DNA from: Bacteroidales bacterium | Lineage (GTDB): Bacteria > Bacteroidota > Bacteroidia > Bacteroidales > PUMT01 | Length of the DNA stretch: 64,000 nt | Direction: 5' to 3' | NCBI GenBank assembly: GCA_007134675.1 | Contig: SLKJ01000087.1 | Coordinates: 1,172-65,171 of the forward strand | In this document: piece after piece, positions 1-9,570 of the stretch | How the letters are laid out: the number at the start of each line of letters is the position of its first letter | Position numbering within the stretch: the stretch's first letter is position 1 | Notes under the pieces: model-generated | Databases searched by the model: none | What the model was told of the DNA's origin: nothing | The model's input: only the letters and a program-made list of their open reading frames with translations | Program-made: the position numbers and the translations under genes

Positions 1-1
1 T

Positions 2-1957
2 GGCAAGTGGCTTTCGGTGATTATTTTGCTTGGTACCGGAGCGTTTTTTGCTTTTGGGTACTTTTTCCGCGACTACTCACTCGCCGAGCTGTTTCTTGCC
101 GCCATTGGTCTTGTGGTTGCATCCATTCCTGAAGGATTACCTGCCATTATATCCATTACACTGGCAATAGGAGTGCAGCGAATGGCCAGGCGGAATGCCA
201 TTATTCGCCGACTGCCATCGGTTGAGACCCTGGGTGCAGTTAACGTGATTTGCTCGGATAAAACCGGCACCCTGACCAAAAACGAAATGACCGCCAAAAC
301 CATTATTACTGCCGAAAAAGAGTACTACGTGGAAGGCACCGGCTATGCTCCTGAGGGTAAAATCCTGCATAACGACAAGGAAGTTAACCCGGAAGATGAC
401 AGGGTACTGATGCAATTACTGAGGGCCGCCAGGGTTTGCAATAATTCCGAGATTGGAAAGGAAGAGGGAACATGGAAACTCACCGGAGCACCTACAGAAG
501 GAGCTCTGCTGGTGCTAAGCTACAAAGCAGGTTTAAAAGACTTCAAGCCTGAACGTATTGACAGTATTCCCTTTGAGTCGGATCACAAATACATGGCTAC
601 CCTTAACAAGATTGACGACGAAGTATTTGTGTTTATGTCGGGTGCACCGGAACGTGTTATGGAATTTTGCACTCAACAATATACTGCTGACGGGGACACG
701 AATTTAGACAAGGATTTCTGGGAAAAGGAAATTGAGGATGTTGCTGCCAAGGGACAGAGAATGCTGGGTTTGGCATACAGCAAGACAGATAGCGGACGTA
801 CAGAAATCGATAAAGATTCCTGCGAAAAGAAAAAGATCTTTTTGGGCGTTGTGGGCATTATTGATCCACCCCGCGACGAGGTGATTGATGCCATCATAGA
901 ATGTAAAGAGGCAGGCGTTGAGGTAAAAATGATTACCGGCGACCATGCCATCACGGCAAGAGCCATTGGTAAGGAAATAGGAATTGGCGATGGCGAAAAG
1001 TCACTCACCGGTAAGGAACTGGAACAAATGAGTGACGGGGAGATGCGCAAAGTGGTGGGCGAATATGACATTTATGCCCGAACCAGTCCTGAGCATAAAC
1101 TAAGACTTTTAACAGCCCTGCAGGAAAACGGCAAACTAGCCGCCATGACCGGCGATGGCGTGAATGATGCACCTGCACTGAAAAAGGCCAATATCGGCAT
1201 CGCTATGGGCATTAAAGGGACAGAAGTATCCAAGGATGCATCGGAGATAGTGCTGGCCGATGATAATTTTGCCACCATTGTCAACGCCATTGAGGAGGGA
1301 CGTACGGTATATGATAACATCCGCAAGGCACTTCTGTTTATCCTGCCTACCAATGGCGCTGAAGCCCTGGTGCTTATGTCGGCTATTCTGCTTGGCATTG
1401 TTATGCCTATCACTCCGGCTCAAATACTTTGGGTAAACATGGTAACAGCTGTAACCCTTGCCCTGGCACTATCTTTCGAACCTATGGAAAGTAATGTGAT
1501 GGAGCGTCCACCGAGGGGTGCCGGAGAATCCATTCTTGGAAAGCTGTTTATCTGGCGCATCACCTTTGTATCTGTTATTATTGGGGGATTAACACTTGGC
1601 GTTTTCAACCTGTTGAGAAACAATGGGCTTGATGATGAAACTGCTCGAACCATTGCCGTGAACACCCTGGTAGCCGGCCAACTTTTCTATCTGTTCAACT
1701 GCCGTAAAATAGAAACTCCCGCTATAGGCAAAGGGTTTTTTAATAACCGGTATGCATTTTTGGCAGCGGGTGCTTTAATTCTTCTACAACTGGGGTTTGT
1801 GTATCTGCCTTTTATGAATACATTTTTTGGTACACGTTCAATGGACTTCTCTTACTGGATTTACCCGGTAGCAGCAGGTGCTCTGGTTTTTCTGCTGGTA
1901 GAACTGGAGAAGTTTATTATACAGAGGTTTAAACAGGCATCTGAAAATGAGAAATAA
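2..1957 (+). CDS. Cation-transporting P-type ATPase (P2-type, Ca2+/Mg2+-like), 5' end cut by window edge
   Basis: The reading frame is open to the left edge. It has the DKTGTLT phosphorylation motif, TGDHAITA, the MTGDGVNDAPALKKANIGIAMG hinge motif and C-terminal TM helices. Confidence 0.9.
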   Translation, partial: GKWLSVIILLGTGAFFAFGYFFRDYSLAELFLAAIGLVVASIPEGLPAIISITLAIGVQRMARRNAIIRRLPSVETLGAVNVICSDKTGTLTKNEMTAKTIITAEKEYYVEGTGYAPEGKILHNDKEVNPEDDRVLMQLLRAARVCNNSEIGKEEGTWKLTGAPTEGALLVLSYKAGLKDFKPERIDSIPFESDHKYMATLNKIDDEVFVFMSGAPERVMEFCTQQYTADGDTNLDKDFWEKEIEDVAAKGQRMLGLAYSKTDSGRTEIDKDSCEKKKIFLGVVGIIDPPRDEVIDAIIECKEAGVEVKMITGDHAITARAIGKEIGIGDGEKSLTGKELEQMSDGEMRKVVGEYDIYARTSPEHKLRLLTALQENGKLAAMTGDGVNDAPALKKANIGIAMGIKGTEVSKDASEIVLADDNFATIVNAIEEGRTVYDNIRKALLFILPTNGAEALVLMSAILLGIVMPITPAQILWVNMVTAVTLALALSFEPMESNVMERPPRGAGESILGKLFIWRITFVSVIIGGLTLGVFNLLRNNGLDDETARTIAVNTLVAGQLFYLFNCRKIETPAIGKGFFNNRYAFLAAGALILLQLGFVYLPFMNTFFGTRSMDFSYWIYPVAAGALVFLLVELEKFIIQRFKQASENEK

Positions 1958-2007
1958 TTCAACTTTGCTAAGATTTTTATGCATCATTAAATTTAAAAAT
2001 CCAAAAT

Positions 2008-2715
2008 ATGGGAAATAATAGATTTTTGGACAATAAGCATACAATCATACATGGCCTTCTGGCAATCGTATTTGGGGTAATATTAGTTGCATACACTGGT
2101 TTGTCTGTTAGACTGCTTGCAATCAGCTTTCCGGAAATCCAGGAGAGAAAAGATCCTTTCAGTGGAATAGAGGATGAAAAAGTTCTGCCAATGCTCCGGA
2201 ACCTTCCAACACAGCACGGAGGGGGGAATATTCCGGCTATTGATGGACGGTTCCTTTATGATCTGATAACTGAAAAAGGTTATAAACGGGGACTTGAGAT
2301 AGGGACTTCAAACGGATATTCAAGTCTTTGGATCGGTCTGGCCCTCAAACAGAACAATGGTTCACTTCTAACTTTGGAAATAAATCCCCTGGTATCAGAG
2401 GAGGCAAGAGGAAATTTTGAAAAGGCAGGACTTGATGAGGTAATTTAAGTTATAACAGCAAATGCATTGGAAGAAATACCAAACATCCGGGGTAAATTTG
2501 ATTTTGTTTTCATGGATGCTCTACATACGGACAACTATAAATATTTGAATCTGTTAAGACACAGGGTCATTGAAGGAGGAGCAATAACCACTCATGATGT
2601 AATTAGCAGGGCGAGAATTATGGAGGATTTTCTGCATGCCATTGAAAATGATCCCAAAAACAAGAGATTTTTATATTTACTCCCTGCTGGCCATTGGTAT
2701 GATATTGATCTTTAA
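2008..2715 (+). pseudogene. Membrane-anchored class I SAM-dependent O-methyltransferase (family 3-like) interrupted by one in-frame TAA
   Basis: ORFs 2008-2448 and 2467-2715 are in the same frame. The translation reads ...GLEIGTSNGYSSLW...EKAGLDEVI*VITANALEEIP..KFDFVFMDA..., so the stop at 2446-2448 falls inside the conserved methyltransferase core. Confidence 0.7.
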
Positions 2716-3343
2716 TTCAGGATTTAAGAATTACCCGATTGAACCGTCAACTCCAAATATCCCTGTGATGGTTCAATGTCCAACACTTCACCATACTGAT
2801 TTTCTTCCAGAATATAGCGGGAGGACGAATAATTATATCAGCAATCCGAGTGGATCTGGGTCGGGAGCAAAATACCAGCTCTATCTAAATTCAACAGATT
2901 TAACAAGAGATGTCTCTTCTGGTATTGAAGTCGAATTTAAAACTTTTAAAGGTAACGGTACAAAAGAAGATCCATATTTAATATCAAGACCAGGTCAACT
3001 GGATAGTGTAAGGTATTATCTGGATAAACACTTTAAACAGATAGCTGATTTAAATCTTATTGATTATAGTTTAGGATCAGGATGGAACCCTATTGGCGAT
3101 GGAGAAAACGCATTTACTGGCACTTATGATGGCAAAAATCATAAAATCATTAACTTAAGCATTGATCGGCCTTCAGAAAATTATACAGGACTATTTGGAT
3201 ATATAAATAATTCAATAGTTAAAAATTTTGCTCTGGAAATTGTAAATATTACGGGAAATGAAGATGTAGGGGGGCTCGTTGGCTCAGGTGAAGTGGGAGA
3301 TATTATTCGTTTCTATTCAAGGGGCAATGTTACAGAAAAATAA
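2636..3343 (+). CDS. GLUG-motif repeat protein, apparently truncated after the first repeat; start uncertain
   Basis: It has an N-terminal signal-anchor-like segment (KTRDFYIYSLLAIGMILIF). This is followed by GNGTKEDPYLI..QLDSVRYYL..FTGTYDGKNHKIINLSI..GLFGYI..VGGLVG, typical of GLUG adhesin/protease-like repeats. The ORF ends at 235 aa, whereas such proteins are usually far longer. Confidence 0.5.
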   Translation: MPLKMIPKTRDFYIYSLLAIGMILIFNSGFKNYPIEPSTPNIPVMVQCPTLHHTDFLPEYSGRTNNYISNPSGSGSGAKYQLYLNSTDLTRDVSSGIEVEFKTFKGNGTKEDPYLISRPGQLDSVRYYLDKHFKQIADLNLIDYSLGSGWNPIGDGENAFTGTYDGKNHKIINLSIDRPSENYTGLFGYINNSIVKNFALEIVNITGNEDVGGLVGSGEVGDIIRFYSRGNVTEK

Positions 3344-3486
3344 ACTTACTAATAGGTTTATCCAAGTTTATCAGAAAAGGCAACTTCAAATTAAGACCTG
3401 GTCTGCGTCCCCCCTGTATCAGGCAGAGGCATTATAGAAAGGAAAACACTAACTGTTATTGGAACTGGCTGGGAGAAAGATCAAAT

Positions 3487-3915
3487 TCATGTCAGATCTG
3501 AGAGGTATGATGTTGGCTTATATCTGGAGCGCCTTAGTTTGAACTGGTAAGATCTTATAAGGTTAAACAGCTCGTCCTGTTTTACCGGTTTGGTTATAAA
3601 TCCATCAAATCCTGCTTCAAGCGCTGTTTTTCGCTGACTCTGATCTGAATAAGCCGTTTGAGCAATCAATGGCAGGTTTCTGTTTCCGCTTTTTATGATA
3701 CGTGCCGCTTTAAGACCGTCTAAAACAGGCATCTTGATATCAAGTAATGCAATCTGAATATCAGGATTCTTCTGTATGTGTTCAACTGCCTGTTGTCCGT
3801 TCTCAACAATGATTATATTGGCATTTGTCGGCTTAAATACTGCCTTAAAGAAGAATTGATTGCAGGCATCATCCTCGGCAATTAAGATAGTGATATTTGA
3901 AAAATTATATTTCAT
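3487..3915 (-). CDS. Stand-alone response regulator receiver (CheY-like) protein
   Basis: The sequence ILIAEDD...LLDIKMPVLDG...PLIAQTA...GFDGFITKP covers a receiver domain, and there is no output domain. Confidence 0.85.
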   Translation of the reverse strand: MKYNFSNITILIAEDDACNQFFFKAVFKPTNANIIIVENGQQAVEHIQKNPDIQIALLDIKMPVLDGLKAARIIKSGNRNLPLIAQTAYSDQSQRKTALEAGFDGFITKPVKQDELFNLIRSYQFKLRRSRYKPTSYLSDLT

Positions 3916-4437
3916 ATTTATTAAGACGAAATAATTACAAAAAGGCTGGAAAACTGATTGTTCAGGTATTTTGTAATATGTATATCTAACATCTTTTTCT
4001 TTTTAAAGGATCCAGCCTTAGCTTTTCATTTATTGTTTCCCATAAGATGGTAAACTCCCTTTCGCTCAATTGCCCCAGAAGATAATTCAATTTCTCAGGG
4101 TTGTTTGCCAGCTGTTTAATTCTTTGATTTTTAAGCTTTCTCATGATTTTAAATACTTATTGAATACTAATTGTTTTTCTCAATTTTATTTTGGTATACG
4201 AAATTCAGGTTTTATAATGTTTCGTTTTGATGGACTTTTTTGCTGAGCATTGGTTTTCAGAAAGTTTTAACAATTTGTATCGATCACTTATGTATCGGAA
4301 GGGTGATTAATCATTAACTTTTGATTTTTTCCATTATGATTATTTTTTGTTAAAATTTTGCCAAAAACACCATATTTATCATATTTTAGCGGCTGAATAT
4401 TTTGTCCGGGTTATTACAAATTAAATCTAAATAACAA

Positions 4438-4722
4438 ATGTTACACGGACCTGCTGCAAAAAAGGAAGAAGACAAGGCTGCATTGCGGAAATCAAAGCTG
4501 GGACTGAAGCTGTTTTTTGTATACGGACTGATATATGCCGGATTTGTCGTAGTCGGGGTATTCAGACCTGAGCTGATGGGGGTAAGGGTCATATGGGGTC
4601 TCAATCTGGCTATTTTCTATGGTTTCGGGCTGATAATACTGGCTATTGTAATGGGATTTCTTTACCACCTGGCCTGTTCACGGCTGGAGGATAACCTGAA
4701 CATTAAGGAGGAGAAGAAATGA
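4438..4722 (+). CDS. DUF485 (YjcH-like) small inner-membrane protein
   Basis: It is 94 aa with two TM helices and overlaps the downstream SSF symporter by ATGA, as in yjcH-actP pairs. Confidence 0.7.
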   Translation: MLHGPAAKKEEDKAALRKSKLGLKLFFVYGLIYAGFVVVGVFRPELMGVRVIWGLNLAIFYGFGLIILAIVMGFLYHLACSRLEDNLNIKEEKK

Positions 4723-6623
4723 TATATGACGTTTCAAACCTGGCAGTACTGATATTTATCGTATTTGTAGCACTGGTATTGCTTCTCTCTTTTTATTTTG
4801 CCAGGAAGACCAAAACATCTTCAGGTTATTTTGCTGCAGGTGGCACAATACACTGGGGGGTTAACGGAGTTGCCTTTGCCGGAGATTATCTCTCCGCTGC
4901 ATCATTCCTGGGTATTGCAGGTATGATAGCGTTTGCGGGCTACGATGGCTTTCTTTATTCAATCGGTTTTCTGGCAGGATGGGTAGTGGCTCTTTTTGTT
5001 GTGGCAGAGCCGATGAAAAGAATGGGTACCTTTACATTTACAGACGCTCTTGATCACAAATACAATTCCCGCTCAATAAAATTAACGGCTGCCATCAGCA
5101 CACTGGTTGTATCTATTTTCTATCTTATCCCGCAAATGGTGGGTGCTGGTGACCTTGTGGTTCCGATACTTGGACTGCCGCACTGGGCCGGTGTTGTAAT
5201 TGTGGGTTCTGTGGTTATTTTTATTGTTGCCACTGCAGGAATGACATCAACTACATACGTGCAGTTTTTAAAGGGGGGACTGCTGATTGTTTTTTCTGTG
5301 ATATTAACCGCCTATATTCTAAGAAAGGGTCTGGAAACCGAACCTAATCCCGAACATCATCATTTTGTCTCTCTGGAGGTTACCACTGACCCTTTCGGGG
5401 AAATTATTCTTGAGGATGATTCTCAATATACTCTCCAGGAAGGAATCTCAACAGGTAACGACAGTTTTTATCTTCTTGAAAAAGATGGTATCAGTAACTG
5501 GTTCCATCTTGATGAGAGTGATGATGGGTTGTTTCTTAACGAGATGCTTACAATCGTAATTGATGCCGAAGGAAATGTCCTTTACAATGGTGCTCCGCGC
5601 ACAGAGAGGTTGTTCTACCAGGTGGGACATGTCTCCCGGGTAATTTCTGATGGAGAGGAGGTTGAGAGCTCCGGTCCGTTAAACCCTTTTAGTTTTCTGA
5701 CCCGGATAGAGGACAGTGAGATTGTCAGGTATATAAGGATCGCATTTGATTTCAACGGGAGTTCCGTTGTTGCCTGGTATCCTGAAGTCACCCCGGGAAC
5801 TGATATTATGAAGCCTGGATTATTTTACCGGCTTGAAGGTGCCTCCATCTGGGAAAAGCTGAACTTTGTTTCATTAATGCTGGCGCTGTTTCTGGGTACC
5901 GCCGCCCTGCCTCATATTCTTATCAGGTACTATACCGTTCCAAGTCCCAGAGATGCCCGCAAGTCCACCATTGTTGCAATTGCAGCAATAGGCTCATTCT
6001 ATATACTTACCCTGTACATGGGCCTTGGCGCCATGGTAAGTGGCGTTCTTGATATGGAAAGCAGCAATATGTCTGCTCCCTTGCTGGCGAGGTCTTTCGG
6101 ACTGGGTATTTTTGCCATGATTTCTGCTGTGGCTTTTGCTACGGTGCTGGGGACTGTCTCGGGACTTATCGTGGCGTCGTCAGGGGCTATAGCTCATGAT
6201 CTGGTAGATAAGTTCTTTAAAGTTAAAATGGAAGACAGGGTGAAGGTACGGGCAGGAAAAATAGCTGCTTTCGGAGTTGGTATACTGGGGATCATAGTGG
6301 GTATCCTCCTCCAGGGAATGAATGTTTCTTTTTTGGTGGGACTTGCATTTGCAGTGGCTGCCTCATCCAATCTACCCGCCATAATAATGATACTTTTCTG
6401 GGATAAAACAACAGGAAGGGGTGTGTCTGCTTCAATAATGGTTGGGATCGTTTCTTCGGTACTGCTGATCCTGCTGTCACCTACAATGTTTGAAAGGTAT
6501 GGCCTGGCACGTGAAGCTGCACTATTCCCCCTCGATAACCCGGGTATAGTTTCCATTCCCCTGGCATTCATCACATTGATTGTGGTTTCTCTTCTTACCC
6601 GAAGGAGGGAATTGACGGCCTGA
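4719..6623 (+). CDS. Sodium:solute symporter family, cation/acetate symporter (ActP-like) with a large internal insertion
   Basis: It has multi-TM SSF architecture, an ActP-like GTDIMKPG...GTAALPHILIRYYTV segment, and is paired with a DUF485 gene. Confidence 0.8.
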   Translation: MIYDVSNLAVLIFIVFVALVLLLSFYFARKTKTSSGYFAAGGTIHWGVNGVAFAGDYLSAASFLGIAGMIAFAGYDGFLYSIGFLAGWVVALFVVAEPMKRMGTFTFTDALDHKYNSRSIKLTAAISTLVVSIFYLIPQMVGAGDLVVPILGLPHWAGVVIVGSVVIFIVATAGMTSTTYVQFLKGGLLIVFSVILTAYILRKGLETEPNPEHHHFVSLEVTTDPFGEIILEDDSQYTLQEGISTGNDSFYLLEKDGISNWFHLDESDDGLFLNEMLTIVIDAEGNVLYNGAPRTERLFYQVGHVSRVISDGEEVESSGPLNPFSFLTRIEDSEIVRYIRIAFDFNGSSVVAWYPEVTPGTDIMKPGLFYRLEGASIWEKLNFVSLMLALFLGTAALPHILIRYYTVPSPRDARKSTIVAIAAIGSFYILTLYMGLGAMVSGVLDMESSNMSAPLLARSFGLGIFAMISAVAFATVLGTVSGLIVASSGAIAHDLVDKFFKVKMEDRVKVRAGKIAAFGVGILGIIVGILLQGMNVSFLVGLAFAVAASSNLPAIIMILFWDKTTGRGVSASIMVGIVSSVLLILLSPTMFERYGLAREAALFPLDNPGIVSIPLAFITLIVVSLLTRRRELTA

Positions 6624-6704
6624 AAATTTTAAAATATGATGTTTCCTTTTCTCAGGATCAAAGACTATCTTTGCTTATAAAGGTTGATCCAAATATTATA
6701 TATT

Positions 6705-7919
6705 ATGAGAATTTCAACTTCACTGTTATTGTTGATATTAATACTTACAGGATGTAAATCAAATGACTACCAGAAGGTTTTTGAATTGGAGGCACGGCAC
6801 CATGCCCTGATAAATGCCCCGGTCTATGCCTGGATTGAAGATATGGAATTTGAGCATGATGAAATGGTATGCCTTTACCTGGAAGATGAGATGGTGCCCG
6901 GACAGGTGGAGATTCTGGACGATTCAAGGCAGCGTCTATGGTGGATTGCCAACCTTGAGATCGGGGATTCTGCAAGATATGAATTGCGGCCTAATGATCT
7001 GTGCAGGGAAGATAAGCACCTGACTGAGAGATATATCTGGGAGAGGGTCACAGGGCACTCAACACGCCTTTTTATTGGCGGACTTCCGGTGATCCAGTAT
7101 GAGCACCCTGTGTTTGATGCTGATAATATTGAAGAAACGAAAAAGCCATTTCATCATGTATTTGAACCGACAGCTAACCGGCTTATTACCAAGGGTCCGG
7201 GCGGACTCTATTCGCATCACAGAGGCATTTTTTTCGGATACAACAACATCTATGTAGGTGATAGTGAAGAGCGAATAGATGTCTGGCATGCAAACAACGG
7301 CGAAAGAAGCGAGCATATTGAAGTTATAAGAGAATATGCGGGCCCTGTTATGGGCGGTCATAAAGTGAGAATACACTGGAAAGATCATGATGGTAAACCA
7401 TTTATTGAAGAGATCAGGGATATCAGGGTTTTCAGACAACCTTTCGGGGAAACACTTATTGATTTTCATTCAATACTCAGGGCTGTGGATCAGCCGGTAA
7501 GGCTTGACGGCGACAGGCAGCATGCTGGTGTGCAGTTCCGTGCATCACAATATGTGGCAGATCACAGTCATCTTACAAGGTTTATCCGGCCGCACGAATG
7601 GTCGCATCTGGATGGTGGTGAGGAGATTGAGGGACCGGAAATGTATGATTTGCCCTGGAACGCCATGCATTTTATTATTGATGACAGACCATTTACAGTA
7701 TCCTATCTGAGCCACCCTTCAAACCCTGAAAATGCTGAAATGTCGGAGCGGTTATATGGCCGGTTTGGTGAGTTTTTTCCATACAGGGTGACAGATGAGG
7801 ATCCCCTTACCGTAAAATACAGGTTCTGGGTTACTGAAGGGAAGGTGCCTTCTGTTGAAAGCATCGATTTAAGGTATCACGCATTTGCAAATCCTTCACT
7901 TGCAATTGAAAACAGGTGA
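6705..7919 (+). CDS. DUF6807/PmoA-family protein, lipoprotein signal
   Basis: The signal MRISTSLLLLILILTGC ends in a lipobox. The segment KKPFHHVFEP..ITKGPGGLYSHHRGIFFGY resembles the DUF6807 core as I remember it. I chose the ATG at 6705 over the TTG at 6684. Confidence 0.55.
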   Translation: MRISTSLLLLILILTGCKSNDYQKVFELEARHHALINAPVYAWIEDMEFEHDEMVCLYLEDEMVPGQVEILDDSRQRLWWIANLEIGDSARYELRPNDLCREDKHLTERYIWERVTGHSTRLFIGGLPVIQYEHPVFDADNIEETKKPFHHVFEPTANRLITKGPGGLYSHHRGIFFGYNNIYVGDSEERIDVWHANNGERSEHIEVIREYAGPVMGGHKVRIHWKDHDGKPFIEEIRDIRVFRQPFGETLIDFHSILRAVDQPVRLDGDRQHAGVQFRASQYVADHSHLTRFIRPHEWSHLDGGEEIEGPEMYDLPWNAMHFIIDDRPFTVSYLSHPSNPENAEMSERLYGRFGEFFPYRVTDEDPLTVKYRFWVTEGKVPSVESIDLRYHAFANPSLAIENR

Positions 7920-8053
7920 CAGCCCGATAGAGTTACAGCAGGATAACGGACGTAACCCCCTGCATGATACCATGATAATGTCCTGGGGCAAAACTGTTAT
8001 AATAAACCTTGCCCGTGTTGCAAAGGGATAGTTGCTGATCATGATCATACGCA

Positions 8054-9493
8054 CTACCTGATCATTGCAATCCAGTGACCCCGGTCCGGTGGTTCAATGG
8101 TGACTACTTCCCTTGCCAGGCTTTCCGGGGGCATCCACTCTGAGCTCAGCAGGTTCAGCCATTCAATCCGGGGCTCATCCGGTGTAAACAGGGTCAGATC
8201 AATTTCCACCGATCCCCTTTCGGGGAAATAAACTGCATATTCCACTTGATGAATTGCCCTGCAATATGCTTCTCCCGGCTCCCTTGACCCGAGGAGATCA
8301 TTCCGGGGCATACCGTTGAAGAAATCCATCCTGTCACTCAGCTCCCTCATACTTTTTATAACTGCCTGTGCCGTATGATTCAGTCCCTGTCCCGTCGGCG
8401 GCCGGTGGAATCTTGCAGATGCACATCCCATCAATACATTTTTTACGAAATTTTCAATGGCATCGCGGGTGGTCTTGTGCCTGCCACCATCATTCCCGTA
8501 TATCTTAACATTGTTTACAGGCCTGAGGTTACCCATCTGCCTTAATCTTTCTATTGCGGCCAGTCCGTTATTCCAGTGGGCATCGGCGGACTGGTGGTTG
8601 TTTTGTGAGATATCCACGAAAGTGAAAATGTCAGGATTGTCAAATGTCTCAGCATGAAAAGGGTGGTTCAGGTCCCACGGATCCCACATTTCGGTGGTGT
8701 GAACCTTTTTGCCTGCAAGCTTCGCCTTCTTCTGAATGTATCTGGCCCAGAATACCGGCCAGTCCGACGAAACGGAGGTCTCATTGTCGATGCAGTAAAG
8801 GACATGATCATAATTTAGGGTATAGGAGAGGATCTTGTCTACAAATTTCTGCTGAAATTCAAGAACCTGGGCGATTGCCATCTGTGCAGGAACTGACCGG
8901 AAAAAATTGTTTTCCGTATAAATTGGATGGGTTTCTACCGTTTCCGGCAGCTTTGACCGCCTGGCATCGTAGTTGATGTTGTTTTTCGGGTTAAACGGGT
9001 TGATATCCCAGTTATCCCTGTAGTAGTCAAATGTTGCCCATATCTCTATCTGAACTATTATATCCCTTTTGGCGGTCTGCTCCAGGAATTCTGAGAACCT
9101 CCGCCAGTATTCATCATTCCAACTGTTGAGATCATAGAGGCCGTTTTCGGATTTTTCGAAAGCCCATACGTTGCCGCTGTCCCTGCTTGACATCGTATTC
9201 CTCACATAGTTGCCACCGACCGATTTAAGCAGGTCGAGATGATCTTCCAGATCCCTGATCTGGAAGAGGTTATCCTGCACCGTTCCTCCCAGAAGGAGGA
9301 TATCTTCTCTTTTATAGGACCAGTATGAAATATTGTTTTTGCTGATTTCAATGCCTTCGCTGATTTCAATGCCTTCGCTGACTGCCTCTGCCGGAAGTGG
9401 GACTGACCTGCAACCGGAAGGAGCTGATAAAACCGTAATCAGCAGCATGAGTATTGATAATGACCTTTCCGGAGATAACTTTCTTGCAACCAT
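8054..9493 (-). CDS. Secreted clan GH-A (TIM-barrel, GH5-like) putative glycoside hydrolase
   Basis: It has a signal/lipobox (LSAPSGC), a candidate acid/base motif in IDNETS and a candidate nucleophile in TEMWD. The family is not pinned down. Confidence 0.45.
   Translation of the reverse strand: MVARKLSPERSLSILMLLITVLSAPSGCRSVPLPAEAVSEGIEISEGIEISKNNISYWSYKREDILLLGGTVQDNLFQIRDLEDHLDLLKSVGGNYVRNTMSSRDSGNVWAFEKSENGLYDLNSWNDEYWRRFSEFLEQTAKRDIIVQIEIWATFDYYRDNWDINPFNPKNNINYDARRSKLPETVETHPIYTENNFFRSVPAQMAIAQVLEFQQKFVDKILSYTLNYDHVLYCIDNETSVSSDWPVFWARYIQKKAKLAGKKVHTTEMWDPWDLNHPFHAETFDNPDIFTFVDISQNNHQSADAHWNNGLAAIERLRQMGNLRPVNNVKIYGNDGGRHKTTRDAIENFVKNVLMGCASARFHRPPTGQGLNHTAQAVIKSMRELSDRMDFFNGMPRNDLLGSREPGEAYCRAIHQVEYAVYFPERGSVEIDLTLFTPDEPRIEWLNLLSSEWMPPESLAREVVTIEPPDRGHWIAMIR
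9341..9376. repeat. Perfect 18-bp tandem duplication inside a CDS
   Basis: The unit gctgatttcaatgccttc occurs twice, followed by a partial gctga. It encodes the duplicated EGIEIS-EGIEIS just after the signal peptide of the 8054-9493 gene. Confidence 0.95.
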
Positions 9494-9570
9494 TATTAGT
9501 TGTAATAAAAATGCAGGGGGAACAAAGATTGTGGTTCCTCCTGCATCAGAGTTAATGATTATTTCCTGCC

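Noticed and set aside
2446-2448. TAA as a recoded sense codon (alternative genetic code)
   Set aside because: TAA is used as a normal terminator by many well-supported genes in this window (e.g. the ATPase at 1955-1957, and the PP2C phosphatase gene at 56564-56566), so a nonsense mutation or sequencing error is far more likely.
3986-4144. 52-aa minus-strand ORF (MRKLKNQRIKQLANNPEKLNYLLGQLSEREFTILWETINEKLRLDPLKRKRC) upstream of the response regulator
   Set aside because: The frame is open and it is co-oriented with the regulator. However, I found no recognisable family, signal or convincing promoter box, so I cannot support it as a gene without conservation data.
8085-8105. tRNA-like ggttcaatgg string
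   Set aside because: It lies inside a CDS and has no acceptor or anticodon stem context. I recognised no tRNA genes anywhere in the window.
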